Source of the DNA: an uncultured Nitrospiraceae bacterium
GTDB taxonomy: Bacteria > Nitrospirota > Thermodesulfovibrionia > Thermodesulfovibrionales > Dissulfurispiraceae
Direction: 5' to 3'
NCBI GenBank assembly: GCA_963727805.1
Contig: CAVSHF010000005.1
Span: 192,001-256,000, forward strand
Length of the DNA stretch: 64,000 nt
Positions 21,601-31,684 of the stretch are shown piece after piece. Under the pieces are notes generated by a model that worked only from the letters and a program-made list of their open reading frames with translations, had not been told where the DNA came from and made no database searches. The position numbers and the translations under genes are program-made. Position 1 is the stretch's first letter. Each line of letters starts with the position of its first letter.

Positions 21601-22092
21601 CTACTTTACTAATTTTGGCTTGTCCCTTTTGGCCTTGACGATGCAAAAAAAACCGAACGGTTCGTCATAAGGATTCGACAGTTGATGGACACTATTCGGG
21701 GCCAGATAGACAGTGTCGAGATGCTTTATTGTGTATAAGCTGTCGCCTATAAGGACCCTGCCCCGCCCCCTGATGCAGATGACCACATGCTCATGTCGGT
21801 GCTTTTCCCTGCTGCTGAAGCCTTTCGGCGCTATCTCGAAGTATCTCAGGTGAAATGTCGCGCTCTCGCCGCTCTTACCGATGAGCACGTTACGAGTAAT
21901 GGATGACCATCCGCCGTCCTGTTGTTTATAACGCTCTATGCTGACACCACCCCACCTGCACCCGCCTTTGTGCCGGTATATTTTATCAGTGTTGACGCGG
22001 CCTACTGTTCCTTGCTTAGGAGGATTCCAGTCACAGGTTAGTGCGCTTTTTACTTTTTTTGCTCCTGCAGCTTCGTTCTTCTTTTTTGGCAT
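21601..22092 (-). CDS. Cupin-domain protein
   Basis: LRYFEIAP, HRHEH, HQLSN metal-binding cupin motifs. Confidence 0.88.
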   Translation of the reverse strand: MPKKKNEAAGAKKVKSALTCDWNPPKQGTVGRVNTDKIYRHKGGCRWGGVSIERYKQQDGGWSSITRNVLIGKSGESATFHLRYFEIAPKGFSSREKHRHEHVVICIRGRGRVLIGDSLYTIKHLDTVYLAPNSVHQLSNPYDEPFGFFCIVKAKRDKPKLVK

Positions 22093-22145
22093 AGTCTATT
22101 ATGTCAAACCTGCTCGCCCATTGTCACCATGATCTAAAATAGCGG

Positions 22146-22320
22146 ATTAGGACGATTAAGCGGGACAAGACAAAAGCACCACCGGTCTCTTCAGGCTAAT
22201 AACAGCAGAAGGATCATCGGGATTACGAAACTGAAAGATTCTGATGATATGCTCCTGCTTCTTGTGGATCTTGAAAATGTCATATCTAACATGAGGGCAC
22301 TCGAATGCAAAAAGAAATAG
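22146..22320 (+). pseudogene. Possible remnant of a CheW-like C-terminus
   Basis: With one frameshift it reads IRTIKRDKTKAPPVSS/ANNSRRIIGITKLKDSDDMLLLLVDLENVIS; no start codon. Confidence 0.35.
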
Positions 22321-22458
22321 TTATTCATGAGTTAAAATAAGACCAGTAAAAGGATAATAAGCAATAGCCTCACAGCCGATGATGCTTGGGTTACACGGGG
22401 GACACTCACGGATTCTATCCCACCCTTCTGTTGAAGAAGCATCACGCTTCGTGCTGAG

Positions 22459-23484
22459 CTAAAAAACGATTAGACTTTTGAGAGAAGTTTTTGCCTCCGA
22501 GGTAAGCCGGTAGGCTTTATCTGTTTCATCTATTGGAAATCGGTGAGTAACTAATTTTTCTGCGGTCACTATTCCCTTCTGAATAAAAAGAAGCGCCTCC
22601 CGCGTATCGTCGGGACCGCAGGAATAACTCGTAGAGATCCTAACGTCTTTAAAGTAGAGTTCATTGGGATCGATAGTGAGTAGTTCACCGGGCTTGGCCG
22701 GCGTGAAGAGGAGAACAGTCCCGCCGCGTGCAACCGTTGTCAAGCCCTGCTTCATGGCCTCCACGCTGTTGGGCCCCACGATCACCGTATCGGCCATCAT
22801 ACCCTTTGTAATTCTGTGTACCCCGTCCGCCAAGTCCTCCTTTGAGACATCTATGATATGGTCGGCCCCGAATTCAAGCGCTTTTTGGAGCCTGAAAGGC
22901 ACCATATCGACACCGATGAGCCTTTCGGCACCAAATTCCCGGGCTAAAAGAATGTGCATCTGGCCCATAACGCCCAGACCGATAATGAGCACCGTATGGC
23001 CTTTTTTTATCAGAGACCTTCGGAGCGATTTAACCACACAGGCTGCCGGTTCGACAAGCGTACCATCTTCGAAACTCATGCCAGCGGGAAGGACAATCGT
23101 ATCATTCTTTAGGTTCGTTCCAGGAACCATTATGTATTCGGAAACACCGCCGGGGATAATCCTGGTTCCGCGCCACGTTGCGCACTGAACATAATCTCCC
23201 CTCAAGCAGTATTCACAAGTCAGACAAGGAGCGTGGTGATGAACAAAAACCCTGTCGCCCTTCTGCAACGGTCCCAAGTATTTGCTGCCGAGTTCTGCAA
23301 TCTCTCCGGCAGGCTCGTGCCCTAGCACAAGGGGCGCTTTTTTCTCTATGTACCAGGGCATGACATCACCGGAGCAAACACCGCAGGCCGCCGTCTTAAT
23401 GAGGGCATCCTGCTGCCCCACCTCAGGGATTGGTATATCTTCAATCCTTATGTCGTCGAAGGTATAAAGCCGTGCAACTTTCAT
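22459..23484 (-). CDS. Zn-dependent alcohol dehydrogenase (MDR family)
   Basis: GVCSGD, LGHE, CLTCEYC...C, GLGVMG; 16 bp downstream of glgB. Confidence 0.9.
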   Translation of the reverse strand: MKVARLYTFDDIRIEDIPIPEVGQQDALIKTAACGVCSGDVMPWYIEKKAPLVLGHEPAGEIAELGSKYLGPLQKGDRVFVHHHAPCLTCEYCLRGDYVQCATWRGTRIIPGGVSEYIMVPGTNLKNDTIVLPAGMSFEDGTLVEPAACVVKSLRRSLIKKGHTVLIIGLGVMGQMHILLAREFGAERLIGVDMVPFRLQKALEFGADHIIDVSKEDLADGVHRITKGMMADTVIVGPNSVEAMKQGLTTVARGGTVLLFTPAKPGELLTIDPNELYFKDVRISTSYSCGPDDTREALLFIQKGIVTAEKLVTHRFPIDETDKAYRLTSEAKTSLKSLIVF

Positions 23485-23500
23485 TGAATCAGGTATTAAG

Positions 23501-25690
23501 TCAGGAAGGCTTCAAGATGAGGCATGAGAGCGGTGGCAGAATGAGTTTCAGCGAGTATTTCCTGCCATAAACCTCTATCTCATCAGCGGAAACCCCGCCG
23601 GAATTGCCCATGTTACTTCCCCAATAAAGTGCGGAATCGCTGTTCATCAACTCGCGGTACGACCCACCTTTCGGGACCCCTATGCGGTAGTCTTGCCGAG
23701 GCACCGGCGTTAGATTGAGGACAAAGACGAGAAAATCGTCTCCCTCCTTGGTTTTCCGGATAAAGGACAAGACACTATTGTCGGCATCCCGGAAATCAAT
23801 CCATTCAAACCCGCGCCATTCATAATCGACTTCATACAATGCCGCCTCTGTCCTGTACAGGGCATTCAGGTCGGTAAGATACTTTTTTAGTTTGATGTGT
23901 TGCTCATATTGTAGCAAATGCCAATCGAGGCTCTTGTCGAAATTCCATTCATCCCACTGCCCGAATTCCGCGCCCATGAAAAGAAGTTTTTTACCAGGGT
24001 GTCCGTACAAGTAACCGTAAAGAGCCCTAAGATTGGCAAACTTCTGCCACATATCTCCTGTCATCTTATTGAGCAGGGACCTCTTGCCGTATACCACCTC
24101 GTCATGGGAAAAAGGAAGCACGAAATTCTCTGTAAAGGCATAGAGCATACTGAAGGTGAGGTCGTTCGCATGGAATTTTCTATGGATGGGATCGTTCGAA
24201 AAATATTCGAGTGTATCATGCATCCACCCCATATTCCACTTCATGTCGAATCCGAGGCCTCCGAGGTACGTCGGCTTCGATACGCCAGTCCATGAAGTCG
24301 ACTCCTCCGCAATAGTGAGCACTCCGGGGTGGTACTGATGTACAACCTCGTTAAATTTCTTTATAAAATCTATCGCCTCGAGATTCTCGTTGCCTCCATA
24401 TTTATTGGGGATCCATTGCCCGGGCTCCCGCGAATAGTCGAGATAAAGCATGGATGCGACGGCATCGACTCTGAGCCCATCGATATGGTATTTGTCGAGC
24501 CAGAAGAGGGCGTTCGAAATAAGGTAATTCCTCACTTCGTTCCTTCCGTAATTGAAGATCAGTGTTCCCCAGTCCTTGTGTTCGCCCTGTCTGGGGTCGG
24601 CGTGTTCATAGAGACATGTTCCGTCGAAGAACCCCAGTCCGTGGCCGTCTTTCGGGAAGTGTGCAGGCACCCAGTCGACGATGACGCCGATGCCGTTCTG
24701 ATGGCAGGCATCAATGAAGTGCATAAAATCCGCCGGCTTCCCGAACCTGCTGGTGGGAGCGTAATATCCGAGTGTTTGGTATCCCCACGATGCATCAAAA
24801 GGATGTTCGGTCATCGGCATGAGCTCGATGTGCGTAAAGCCGAGTCCCTTCACATACGGGACAAGGTTTTCCGCCAGTTCAACGTAGGTAGGGAACCTGT
24901 CGCCCTGCTCTGGCACCCGCATCCATGATCCGAGATGTACTTCATACACTGACATGGGGGCCTGCAACCAGTTTTTCTGCGTCCTGGCTGTCAACCATTC
25001 AGAATCTCCCCACTTATGCCGGTTTTCGATTTCATAGACGATTGCAGCGCTTTTGGGCCTCACCTCGAAGCAGAAACTGAATGGATCGGCCTTGAGCTCC
25101 TGGTGTTTATAATATTTCGACTTTATTTCGTACTTGTAGACAGTCCCCTCGTCGAGGCCCGGGATGAATATCTCCCAAATTCCCGATGAACCAAGACCCC
25201 GCATCGGATGGCACCTACCGTCCCAGTTGTTGAAGTCTCCCACGACGCCAATATTTTTGGCATTAGGCGCCCAAACCGCAAAATGCACGCCCCTTATGCC
25301 GTCGATAGTCTTCACATGAGAGCCGAGCTTCTCATAATTCTTGTAATGGGTCCCCTCACCGATCAGATGAAGGTCAAAATCAGTAAGCACCGGAGGAAAG
25401 GAATAGGGGTCATGGAATTCCTTTTCTTCATTGTTGCGGGTGCGTATCCTAATCCTGTACCTGAAAAGCTTTGTGCCCTCGATTTCGACCTCAAAAAAGC
25501 CTTCCCGGTGTATCTTCCGCATTGCATATGCTTTTTCTTCTTCCGCATCCCGAATTATCCATGCCACCGTCACATCGGGGAGAAAAGCTCTAATCGTGAT
25601 GCAGTTTTCAGTTACATGCGGCCCAAGAAAATCAAAGGGGTTGCCATAGTCGGCCTTGAGAAGTTTTTTGATATGTCTGGAGATATCCAT
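23501..25690 (-). CDS. glgB: 1,4-alpha-glucan branching enzyme
   Basis: [46 protein letters not shown]. Confidence 0.97.
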   Translation of the reverse strand: MDISRHIKKLLKADYGNPFDFLGPHVTENCITIRAFLPDVTVAWIIRDAEEEKAYAMRKIHREGFFEVEIEGTKLFRYRIRIRTRNNEEKEFHDPYSFPPVLTDFDLHLIGEGTHYKNYEKLGSHVKTIDGIRGVHFAVWAPNAKNIGVVGDFNNWDGRCHPMRGLGSSGIWEIFIPGLDEGTVYKYEIKSKYYKHQELKADPFSFCFEVRPKSAAIVYEIENRHKWGDSEWLTARTQKNWLQAPMSVYEVHLGSWMRVPEQGDRFPTYVELAENLVPYVKGLGFTHIELMPMTEHPFDASWGYQTLGYYAPTSRFGKPADFMHFIDACHQNGIGVIVDWVPAHFPKDGHGLGFFDGTCLYEHADPRQGEHKDWGTLIFNYGRNEVRNYLISNALFWLDKYHIDGLRVDAVASMLYLDYSREPGQWIPNKYGGNENLEAIDFIKKFNEVVHQYHPGVLTIAEESTSWTGVSKPTYLGGLGFDMKWNMGWMHDTLEYFSNDPIHRKFHANDLTFSMLYAFTENFVLPFSHDEVVYGKRSLLNKMTGDMWQKFANLRALYGYLYGHPGKKLLFMGAEFGQWDEWNFDKSLDWHLLQYEQHIKLKKYLTDLNALYRTEAALYEVDYEWRGFEWIDFRDADNSVLSFIRKTKEGDDFLVFVLNLTPVPRQDYRIGVPKGGSYRELMNSDSALYWGSNMGNSGGVSADEIEVYGRKYSLKLILPPLSCLILKPS

Positions 25691-25767
25691 ATTTTATAGT
25701 GTATACATATTTTAACACAGGCAATAAATTTATTGACGACATGAACAGTAACGTTCTATTCTAAAAA

Positions 25768-26940
25768 ATGCTCTCGAAACTAAGATTTCTCACTGCCGGC
25801 GAATCTCATGGCAGGGGACTCATCGCCTTGCTCGAAGGAATACCCTCCGGCTTGTCGCTATCAGTGGATGATATCGACAGGGAATTGAAGCGAAGGCAAC
25901 AGGGTTATGGACGCGGCGGGAGGATGAAAATCGAGCAAGACCGAGCGACAATCATCTCTGGGGTTAGGTGGGGCAAAACTATCGGATCGCCCCTCTCGCT
26001 ACTAATCGAAAACAGGGACTGGAAAAACTGGAGGGAAGGGATGTCTCCGGATGCCGATCATGAAGGTTCGATTCCACCCGTCACAAAGCCGAGACCGGGG
26101 CATGCAGACCTTGCCGGGTCTTTGAAATACAACCATACTGATGTAAGGAACAGCCTTGAACGCTCCAGTGCGCGCGAAACAGCAGCGCGGGTCGCGGCAG
26201 GCGCAGTGGCGAAGAAGTTCCTCTCCGAATTCGGCATCACATTGGGTAGTTATGTTGTCCGTATCGGAAGCGTGGCCTTGAGTGAGAGCGATTTCGACGA
26301 GTCCCTCGATGCGTTTACCCGCGCAGAAGCCTCGCCGGTACGTTGCCCCGATGAAGAAACCTCAGATAAAATGGTCAGAATGATCGACTCAGCTATTCAG
26401 AATGGTGACACTCTGGGTGGCATCTTCAGAGTTGTCGTATCGGGTGTTCCCGTAGGACTTGGAAGCCACATCCAATGGGACAAGAGACTCAGCGCCCGTT
26501 TTATGATGGCGATTTCGAGTATACAGGCGATAAAAGGAGTAGAGATCGGGCTGGGGTTTAAAGCCGCTGAAAGATTCGGATCCGAGGTAATGGACGAAAT
26601 ATTTTATTCGAACTCACGTGGGTTCTTCAGAAATACGAACAACGCCGGGGGAATCGAGGGAGGGATTTCCAACGGCATGCCTATTGTCATCAGGGCAGCC
26701 ATGAAGCCAATTCCAACTCTTAGGAAACCCCTGCGTTCCGTAGATATGAGGACCGGAGAAGCCGTCGAGGCCGCTTATGAGCGGTCCGACACATGCGCAG
26801 TCCCCGCCGTTGCGGTCATCGCAGAAGCGATGGCGGCTTTGTGTACAGCCGATGCCTTGCTCGAGAAATGCGCTGGAGACAGCATTGACGAAACAAAAAG
26901 GAATTTCGGTGGCTACATGAAACATCTTAATTATTGTTAA
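25768..26940 (+). CDS. aroC: Chorismate synthase
   Basis: TAGESHG, PRPGHAD, ERSSARETA, NNAGGIEGG, MKPIPT, ERSD. Confidence 0.97.
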   Translation: MLSKLRFLTAGESHGRGLIALLEGIPSGLSLSVDDIDRELKRRQQGYGRGGRMKIEQDRATIISGVRWGKTIGSPLSLLIENRDWKNWREGMSPDADHEGSIPPVTKPRPGHADLAGSLKYNHTDVRNSLERSSARETAARVAAGAVAKKFLSEFGITLGSYVVRIGSVALSESDFDESLDAFTRAEASPVRCPDEETSDKMVRMIDSAIQNGDTLGGIFRVVVSGVPVGLGSHIQWDKRLSARFMMAISSIQAIKGVEIGLGFKAAERFGSEVMDEIFYSNSRGFFRNTNNAGGIEGGISNGMPIVIRAAMKPIPTLRKPLRSVDMRTGEAVEAAYERSDTCAVPAVAVIAEAMAALCTADALLEKCAGDSIDETKRNFGGYMKHLNYC

Positions 26941-26950
26941 CCCTTCACGG

Positions 26951-28900
26951 ATGACGAATTTCGATCGCATAATCTTCTTTTCTCTGGTAATCGTTCTTTG
27001 CCTAACGGGGACATTGCGCGCCGCTGCAGACATGCCTGCGGTAACCGGTTTTTGCGCCCCATCCTGCATCGTGAACGGCAAGACAAGTCTTGAAAGGGGA
27101 GATTACGATAAGGCGATCGTTTTACTTACAGCAGCTTATGATGAAATGCCTTTCTTGGGCGACTATATACTCTTTTGGAGAGCACAGGCCTTCGACGGAA
27201 GGTCCGAAACCGAAAAGGCGCTCGAAGACTTGCAAATCGTAATCTCAAAATTCCCCGATTCGCCTATCATCAAGAGTGTCAGATCGCGGGAGATTGAGCT
27301 TGCCCAAAAAAAGGGCGAGAAAAACCTTGACGACCTTTTTCAGAAATTCATCGCAGACTACCCTTCGGAATCGAGGGCCAAATTTATCTACGCTGCTTAT
27401 CTGAAAAACGATAACAAAAAAGACAAGGCAAAGGCCCTTTTCAGAGAGATATTCGTGTCGGTCTCTCCCTTTTCAAAGAGCGCGGGAGAGGAGCTTTCAT
27501 CATCGGACATAACGGCGGCCGATCTCCTGAAACGGGGAAAGAACCTTAACAACGCCTGGCTCTTCGCGGAGTCGGAAAAGTGCTTCAGGGAGGCCCTGCG
27601 TCTGAAGGATGCGAAGAGCCATAAAAAGGAGCTTACCGAAGGGCTTGCCTATTCCCTTTTCAGACAGAAAAAGTATAAAGAGGCTGCCGGGCTTTATGCA
27701 GACTGCGACGATCGATACTGGAGGGCTAAGTCTCTCTTCCGGGCCGGCGACTTCGAACGGTTTGAAGCTGAGATTAACAGACTCTCCAAGCTCAATGACC
27801 CTCGCTCAGCATCGCTATTCCTTGCATACGCCTCGAAGAAAAGGCGCAGCGGGGATATTGAACACGCCCTGTCCATTTATAACGAAGTGTTGGCAAAGTT
27901 CCCAAGCGCAAAAGAAGATGCACTCTGGCAAAAGGGATGGACATATTATCGAACCGGGGACTACCAAAGAGCACTCGATGCCTTTTCATCTCTTCATAAA
28001 ACGTACGGCGGCGCACGCTATCTTTATTGGAAAAACCGAAGTCTTGAGACCCTGGGCACTACTGAGACGCTGCAGGCCATATCACTGATTCCCAATGACC
28101 GGAACAACAACTTCTATCTGTTTCTCTCATCGTTCAGAAACAGGGTTCCGGTGCCGGCCTTTGCCAAGAGTATGGCCGATCGTTGCATAAACTACGCTTT
28201 ACCCAAAAGAATCCAAGTGCTTGAGGATCTCGGATTTAAAAGCGAAGCCCTCTCCGAGATTATCTTCACCGCAAACAGGAACCTTCCTGAACTGGAGATC
28301 GCCTGCCTGAGCTTCTATGTAAAGAAAATGAGCGACTTCAAGACGTCGATCTCAATCGCCAACCGTATTACCTACCGGGAAGATCTGCACGAACTATATT
28401 ATCCGCCAGCGTATTGGGAGGTAGTCGAAGAAGCCGCACGGACAAACGATATCGACCCACTCCTCATCCTTTCGATCATGCGCGAAGAATCTCGCTTTGC
28501 GCCCGAGGCCCGATCAGTTGCCGGCGCCCTCGGGCTCTTGCAACTAATGCCTCAAACCGCTTCAAGAATGAGCGCACATGCCCACGTTTCGCTGAAACAC
28601 TCCGAAGATCTTTATGATATAAAAACGAATGTCTTTATTGGCACATACTACCTGAAGTCCCTTATTAATCATTTTGATTCAGTACCCCTTGCGATTGCCG
28701 CATATAATGCGGGTGAAGAAGCCGTTAAGGACTGGCTTACAGCAGGAAGATATAAATCGGCGGATGAATTCATCGAAGACATTCCCTATGATGAAACTAG
28801 GAATTACGTCAAGAAAGTGATAACAAGTTATTTCGAATACATGCGTCAGAACGGCAGGAAAGAGGTACCCTCTCTACTCATGAAAGCGGGGAATCCTTAA
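26951..28900 (+). CDS. Soluble lytic transglycosylase with TPR-like N-terminal region
   Basis: Signal peptide; SLT motifs IMREESRF, GLLQLMP, AAYNAG, IPYDETRNYV. Confidence 0.92.
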   Translation: MTNFDRIIFFSLVIVLCLTGTLRAAADMPAVTGFCAPSCIVNGKTSLERGDYDKAIVLLTAAYDEMPFLGDYILFWRAQAFDGRSETEKALEDLQIVISKFPDSPIIKSVRSREIELAQKKGEKNLDDLFQKFIADYPSESRAKFIYAAYLKNDNKKDKAKALFREIFVSVSPFSKSAGEELSSSDITAADLLKRGKNLNNAWLFAESEKCFREALRLKDAKSHKKELTEGLAYSLFRQKKYKEAAGLYADCDDRYWRAKSLFRAGDFERFEAEINRLSKLNDPRSASLFLAYASKKRRSGDIEHALSIYNEVLAKFPSAKEDALWQKGWTYYRTGDYQRALDAFSSLHKTYGGARYLYWKNRSLETLGTTETLQAISLIPNDRNNNFYLFLSSFRNRVPVPAFAKSMADRCINYALPKRIQVLEDLGFKSEALSEIIFTANRNLPELEIACLSFYVKKMSDFKTSISIANRITYREDLHELYYPPAYWEVVEEAARTNDIDPLLILSIMREESRFAPEARSVAGALGLLQLMPQTASRMSAHAHVSLKHSEDLYDIKTNVFIGTYYLKSLINHFDSVPLAIAAYNAGEEAVKDWLTAGRYKSADEFIEDIPYDETRNYVKKVITSYFEYMRQNGRKEVPSLLMKAGNP

Positions 28901-28955
28901 AATTCAATAATCGGTCATACAAGTCATAGACCTAAAAAAAGGAGGGATTACGAGT

Positions 28956-29168
28956 ATGCAGACAGTCGAAGAAAAAATCGCCCAAGTAATAGACAAGGTG
29001 AGAAACCTCAAGGAAGAAAAAAGCACCGTTGAGAAGAGAAACGGTGAACTTGAAGAGGCCCTTCGAGTGAAAGAGCAGGAGATAGAAAAACTCACCTTTG
29101 AAAAAAATACCATTAAGAACCAGATTGAGGACCTTCTCAAAGAACTTGAAGGCTTCGAACTCAAATAA
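28956..29168 (+). CDS. Coiled-coil cell division protein, ZapB-like
   Basis: 70-aa heptad-rich ORF with GGAGG SD, directly upstream of zapA. Confidence 0.7.
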   Translation: MQTVEEKIAQVIDKVRNLKEEKSTVEKRNGELEEALRVKEQEIEKLTFEKNTIKNQIEDLLKELEGFELK

Positions 29169-29175
29169 GATTGCC

Positions 29176-29451
29176 ATGGAAAGCTTAGAAATCACGATAC
29201 TCGGGCAGAAATACCTCATCAAGGGCAACTCGTCGAAGGAATATATGAGGCAGCTCGCCGATTTCGTGGACAGCAAAATCAGGGAGGTCTACCGACGTTC
29301 GCCGGGCACGACTCCCCTGAAGGCGGCCATTTTAACCGCCCTGGTGTTGTCGGACGAACTCCATAAAATCAGAAAAGACCATGCTTCGGTAACACAAAGC
29401 ATAAAAAAGATAGAAAATGGTGCGGAGTCACTACTAAACCTGATTGACTGA
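29176..29451 (+). CDS. zapA: Cell division protein ZapA
   Basis: EITILGQKYLI, LADFVDSKI, AAILTAL..SDEL. Confidence 0.88.
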   Translation: MESLEITILGQKYLIKGNSSKEYMRQLADFVDSKIREVYRRSPGTTPLKAAILTALVLSDELHKIRKDHASVTQSIKKIENGAESLLNLID

Positions 29452-29466
29452 CAAAGGGTGAAGTGC

Positions 29467-30393
29467 CTATTTCTTCCTGCGGTCCATGCGAAAGCAGCTT
29501 CCTGAGACCGACTTACTGCAATGTTTCATTTCCGCAGCGATCTGGCTAATTTCGCTATAATGGGCAAAACTGCGGTATTTATTGTGGCTGATGCCTATGG
29601 ATAGGGTCATGATTGGAAAAGTCTTCTCCTTGCCCTCTCGGTCAAGCGAAGCGATCCGCCCCCTTTCCCTGTCGACGGTGTCATAAAACGTGACAATCAG
29701 TTTGTCGAAATACTCCGTTATCCTGCGCGATGCCTCTTCGACCTCGTTGACCTCCATTATAAGAATAAAATCGTCGCCTCCCACATGTCCGACAAAGCTC
29801 CCATGAGGCTGCTGCTCCTTGACGATATTGAGGATCAGCCGGCCGACCATCTTCAGCACCTCATCGCCCCTGCTGAAGCCATACTTATCATTGAATGGTT
29901 TAAAAAAATCGATGTCGGCATACCCTACAGCAAAGATGTCACCCCTGTCGATCCTGTTCTGAATCTGCTTCGTGATCGTTATGTTTCCGGGCAACCTCGT
30001 CAGCGGGTTGAACTCGACGATCCGCTCGGCCCTAAAAAAACCCAGTTCGACCCTTTTCCTAAGCTCGCTCTCAACCCTGGACCTCCTGACGTAATCGTCT
30101 GCAAGGAGGTGCTCCCATGATGGTATCTGAAAATCCTCTGAAAACAGTGCAATAACCGGTATCTGGCCAAAGATAGGATCGCTTTTGAGATCGTTGAGGA
30201 TGCGGATGTCCGAGGGATCATTTTCTGACAGATCGAGGATAAGAAAATCGGGCTGGGAATTATAGATGAAATCGAGTGCTGATTTAAAATCTCTGAAAAA
30301 AAGCGGGCGGCACGTTTCATGGAGCATCTTGTCAATAATGCTCGTCAGAATGATATCACGCGATATGACAAGAACAGACTTAAGTAGATCCAT
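29467..30393 (-). CDS. Degenerate REC plus GGDEF-family protein (GGDDF)
   Basis: NPLTRLPGN, DIDFFKPFNDKYG, GHVGGDDF; start 30393 overlaps the HDOD gene stop. Confidence 0.85.
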   Translation of the reverse strand: MDLLKSVLVISRDIILTSIIDKMLHETCRPLFFRDFKSALDFIYNSQPDFLILDLSENDPSDIRILNDLKSDPIFGQIPVIALFSEDFQIPSWEHLLADDYVRRSRVESELRKRVELGFFRAERIVEFNPLTRLPGNITITKQIQNRIDRGDIFAVGYADIDFFKPFNDKYGFSRGDEVLKMVGRLILNIVKEQQPHGSFVGHVGGDDFILIMEVNEVEEASRRITEYFDKLIVTFYDTVDRERGRIASLDREGKEKTFPIMTLSIGISHNKYRSFAHYSEISQIAAEMKHCSKSVSGSCFRMDRRKK

Positions 30394-31222
30394 CGCCAAT
30401 AAGGAAATCCCCCGCTTCATGAAGCGTATGGTCCATTTCATCGATGACCTCTCTGAGGTCGGCATCCGACAAGTTGAGAAGTTCCCATGCGGCAGGGTTT
30501 ACCTGAGGCACATAATTGTCACCGGCAAATCCAAATCCCACAGACCTTGTCAATATGTCTGATAGATGAACGATAGCGGAATGAATAGGTACAGTCTTAG
30601 AGAGACTCGGCTTATGATGATATTCGATGACCTCAACGAGCGAGAGGGGAAAGTTCCATTTCTTGGCTACCCAAGCGCCGCTCTCTGCATGGGTGATCCC
30701 GAAAACCTCCTTCTCGGCTTCCATTATCAAAATATCCTTCGCTTCAGCCTCTTTGACCACTCTTTCATAATCCTCTTTGAACCGAAGGATTAGGACGACC
30801 TTTCCGATATCATGGAGCAGGGCCGAGACCGAGATCTCTTCGGGTTCAGGGAGATTCTTCTTTTTCGCGAGTATCCGCGCAGTTACGGCACAGCCCAGTG
30901 AATGTTCCCACAGCCCCTCCATCGACTTTTGCATCACTTCGAATACCGATACCCCGAGCAAAAGGCCGCGGACGACGTTCAGTCCGAGCAGAATTAAAGC
31001 CTGCTGTACGGAGGATATCCTTCCGGGAAACCCATAAATCGGCGAATTGACCATCTTAAGTACTCGTGTAGTCAAGACAGGATCGTTGGAGATGAAATTG
31101 CCTATCTCGGTAAGCGAGATCTTCGGATTTTCAATGACGGCTAGGAGTTTTCTCAGGATACCCGGGATAGTCGGCAGCGTATCGATCTGCTCAATCTGTG
31201 CTCTAAGGAGTTTAGGATCCAT
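30380..31222 (-). CDS. HDOD-domain protein
   Basis: LPTIP, DPVLTTRVLKMVNS, LWEHS, LLHDIGK, THAESG, WNFP, EYHH. Confidence 0.93.
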   Translation of the reverse strand: MDPKLLRAQIEQIDTLPTIPGILRKLLAVIENPKISLTEIGNFISNDPVLTTRVLKMVNSPIYGFPGRISSVQQALILLGLNVVRGLLLGVSVFEVMQKSMEGLWEHSLGCAVTARILAKKKNLPEPEEISVSALLHDIGKVVLILRFKEDYERVVKEAEAKDILIMEAEKEVFGITHAESGAWVAKKWNFPLSLVEVIEYHHKPSLSKTVPIHSAIVHLSDILTRSVGFGFAGDNYVPQVNPAAWELLNLSDADLREVIDEMDHTLHEAGDFLIGDGST

Positions 31223-31228
31223 AGGCCG

Positions 31229-31525
31229 CTATTGATAAACCTCCTCTATCCGGGCTTTTATGACGCCCTTTATCACATCCATATACGGTTCCTTCCCGGT
31301 CTTTTTAAACCGGCGGTCAAGATCGGAAAGCAACTCTGCCTTCGACTTATCGGATGATGAAGCCCCCTCAATATAGATGTGGCTCAAATCCATTCTTCCC
31401 AGCCTTGCTATGAGGCTGTCGGTCAACGTGGTGCCTTCACTCAGAAGGACCATACCGGACTCATTGGTGATCGCCTTCGCCACCACCATTCCGCCCTTGA
31501 GTTCGCTTAGAGGAATTCTCTGCAC
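31229..31525 (-). CDS. Small hypothetical protein resembling the N-terminal module of HD-GYP proteins
   Basis: GTG start with AAGGAG SD; LKGGMVVAKAI...GMVLLSEGTTLT pattern. Confidence 0.75.
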   Translation of the reverse strand: MQRIPLSELKGGMVVAKAITNESGMVLLSEGTTLTDSLIARLGRMDLSHIYIEGASSSDKSKAELLSDLDRRFKKTGKEPYMDVIKGVIKARIEEVYQ

Positions 31526-31684
31526 TGTATCGCTCCTTTAGTGTTTAATTATATCACAGGAGCAGTATGAAAACGTGTGTCGACGAAAAAAGTTTTAGCT
31601 CTTAAACGAAGTTTCCGTTTTACGGATTTCCTGCCGATTTTGTATCATAAGCATGTTATCTAAGAGGGACAGAGGAGAGACCAC

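Noticed and set aside
29452..29466. 6S RNA (ssrS), often found after zapA
   Set aside because: Only 15 bp separate zapA from the convergent gene, so there is no room
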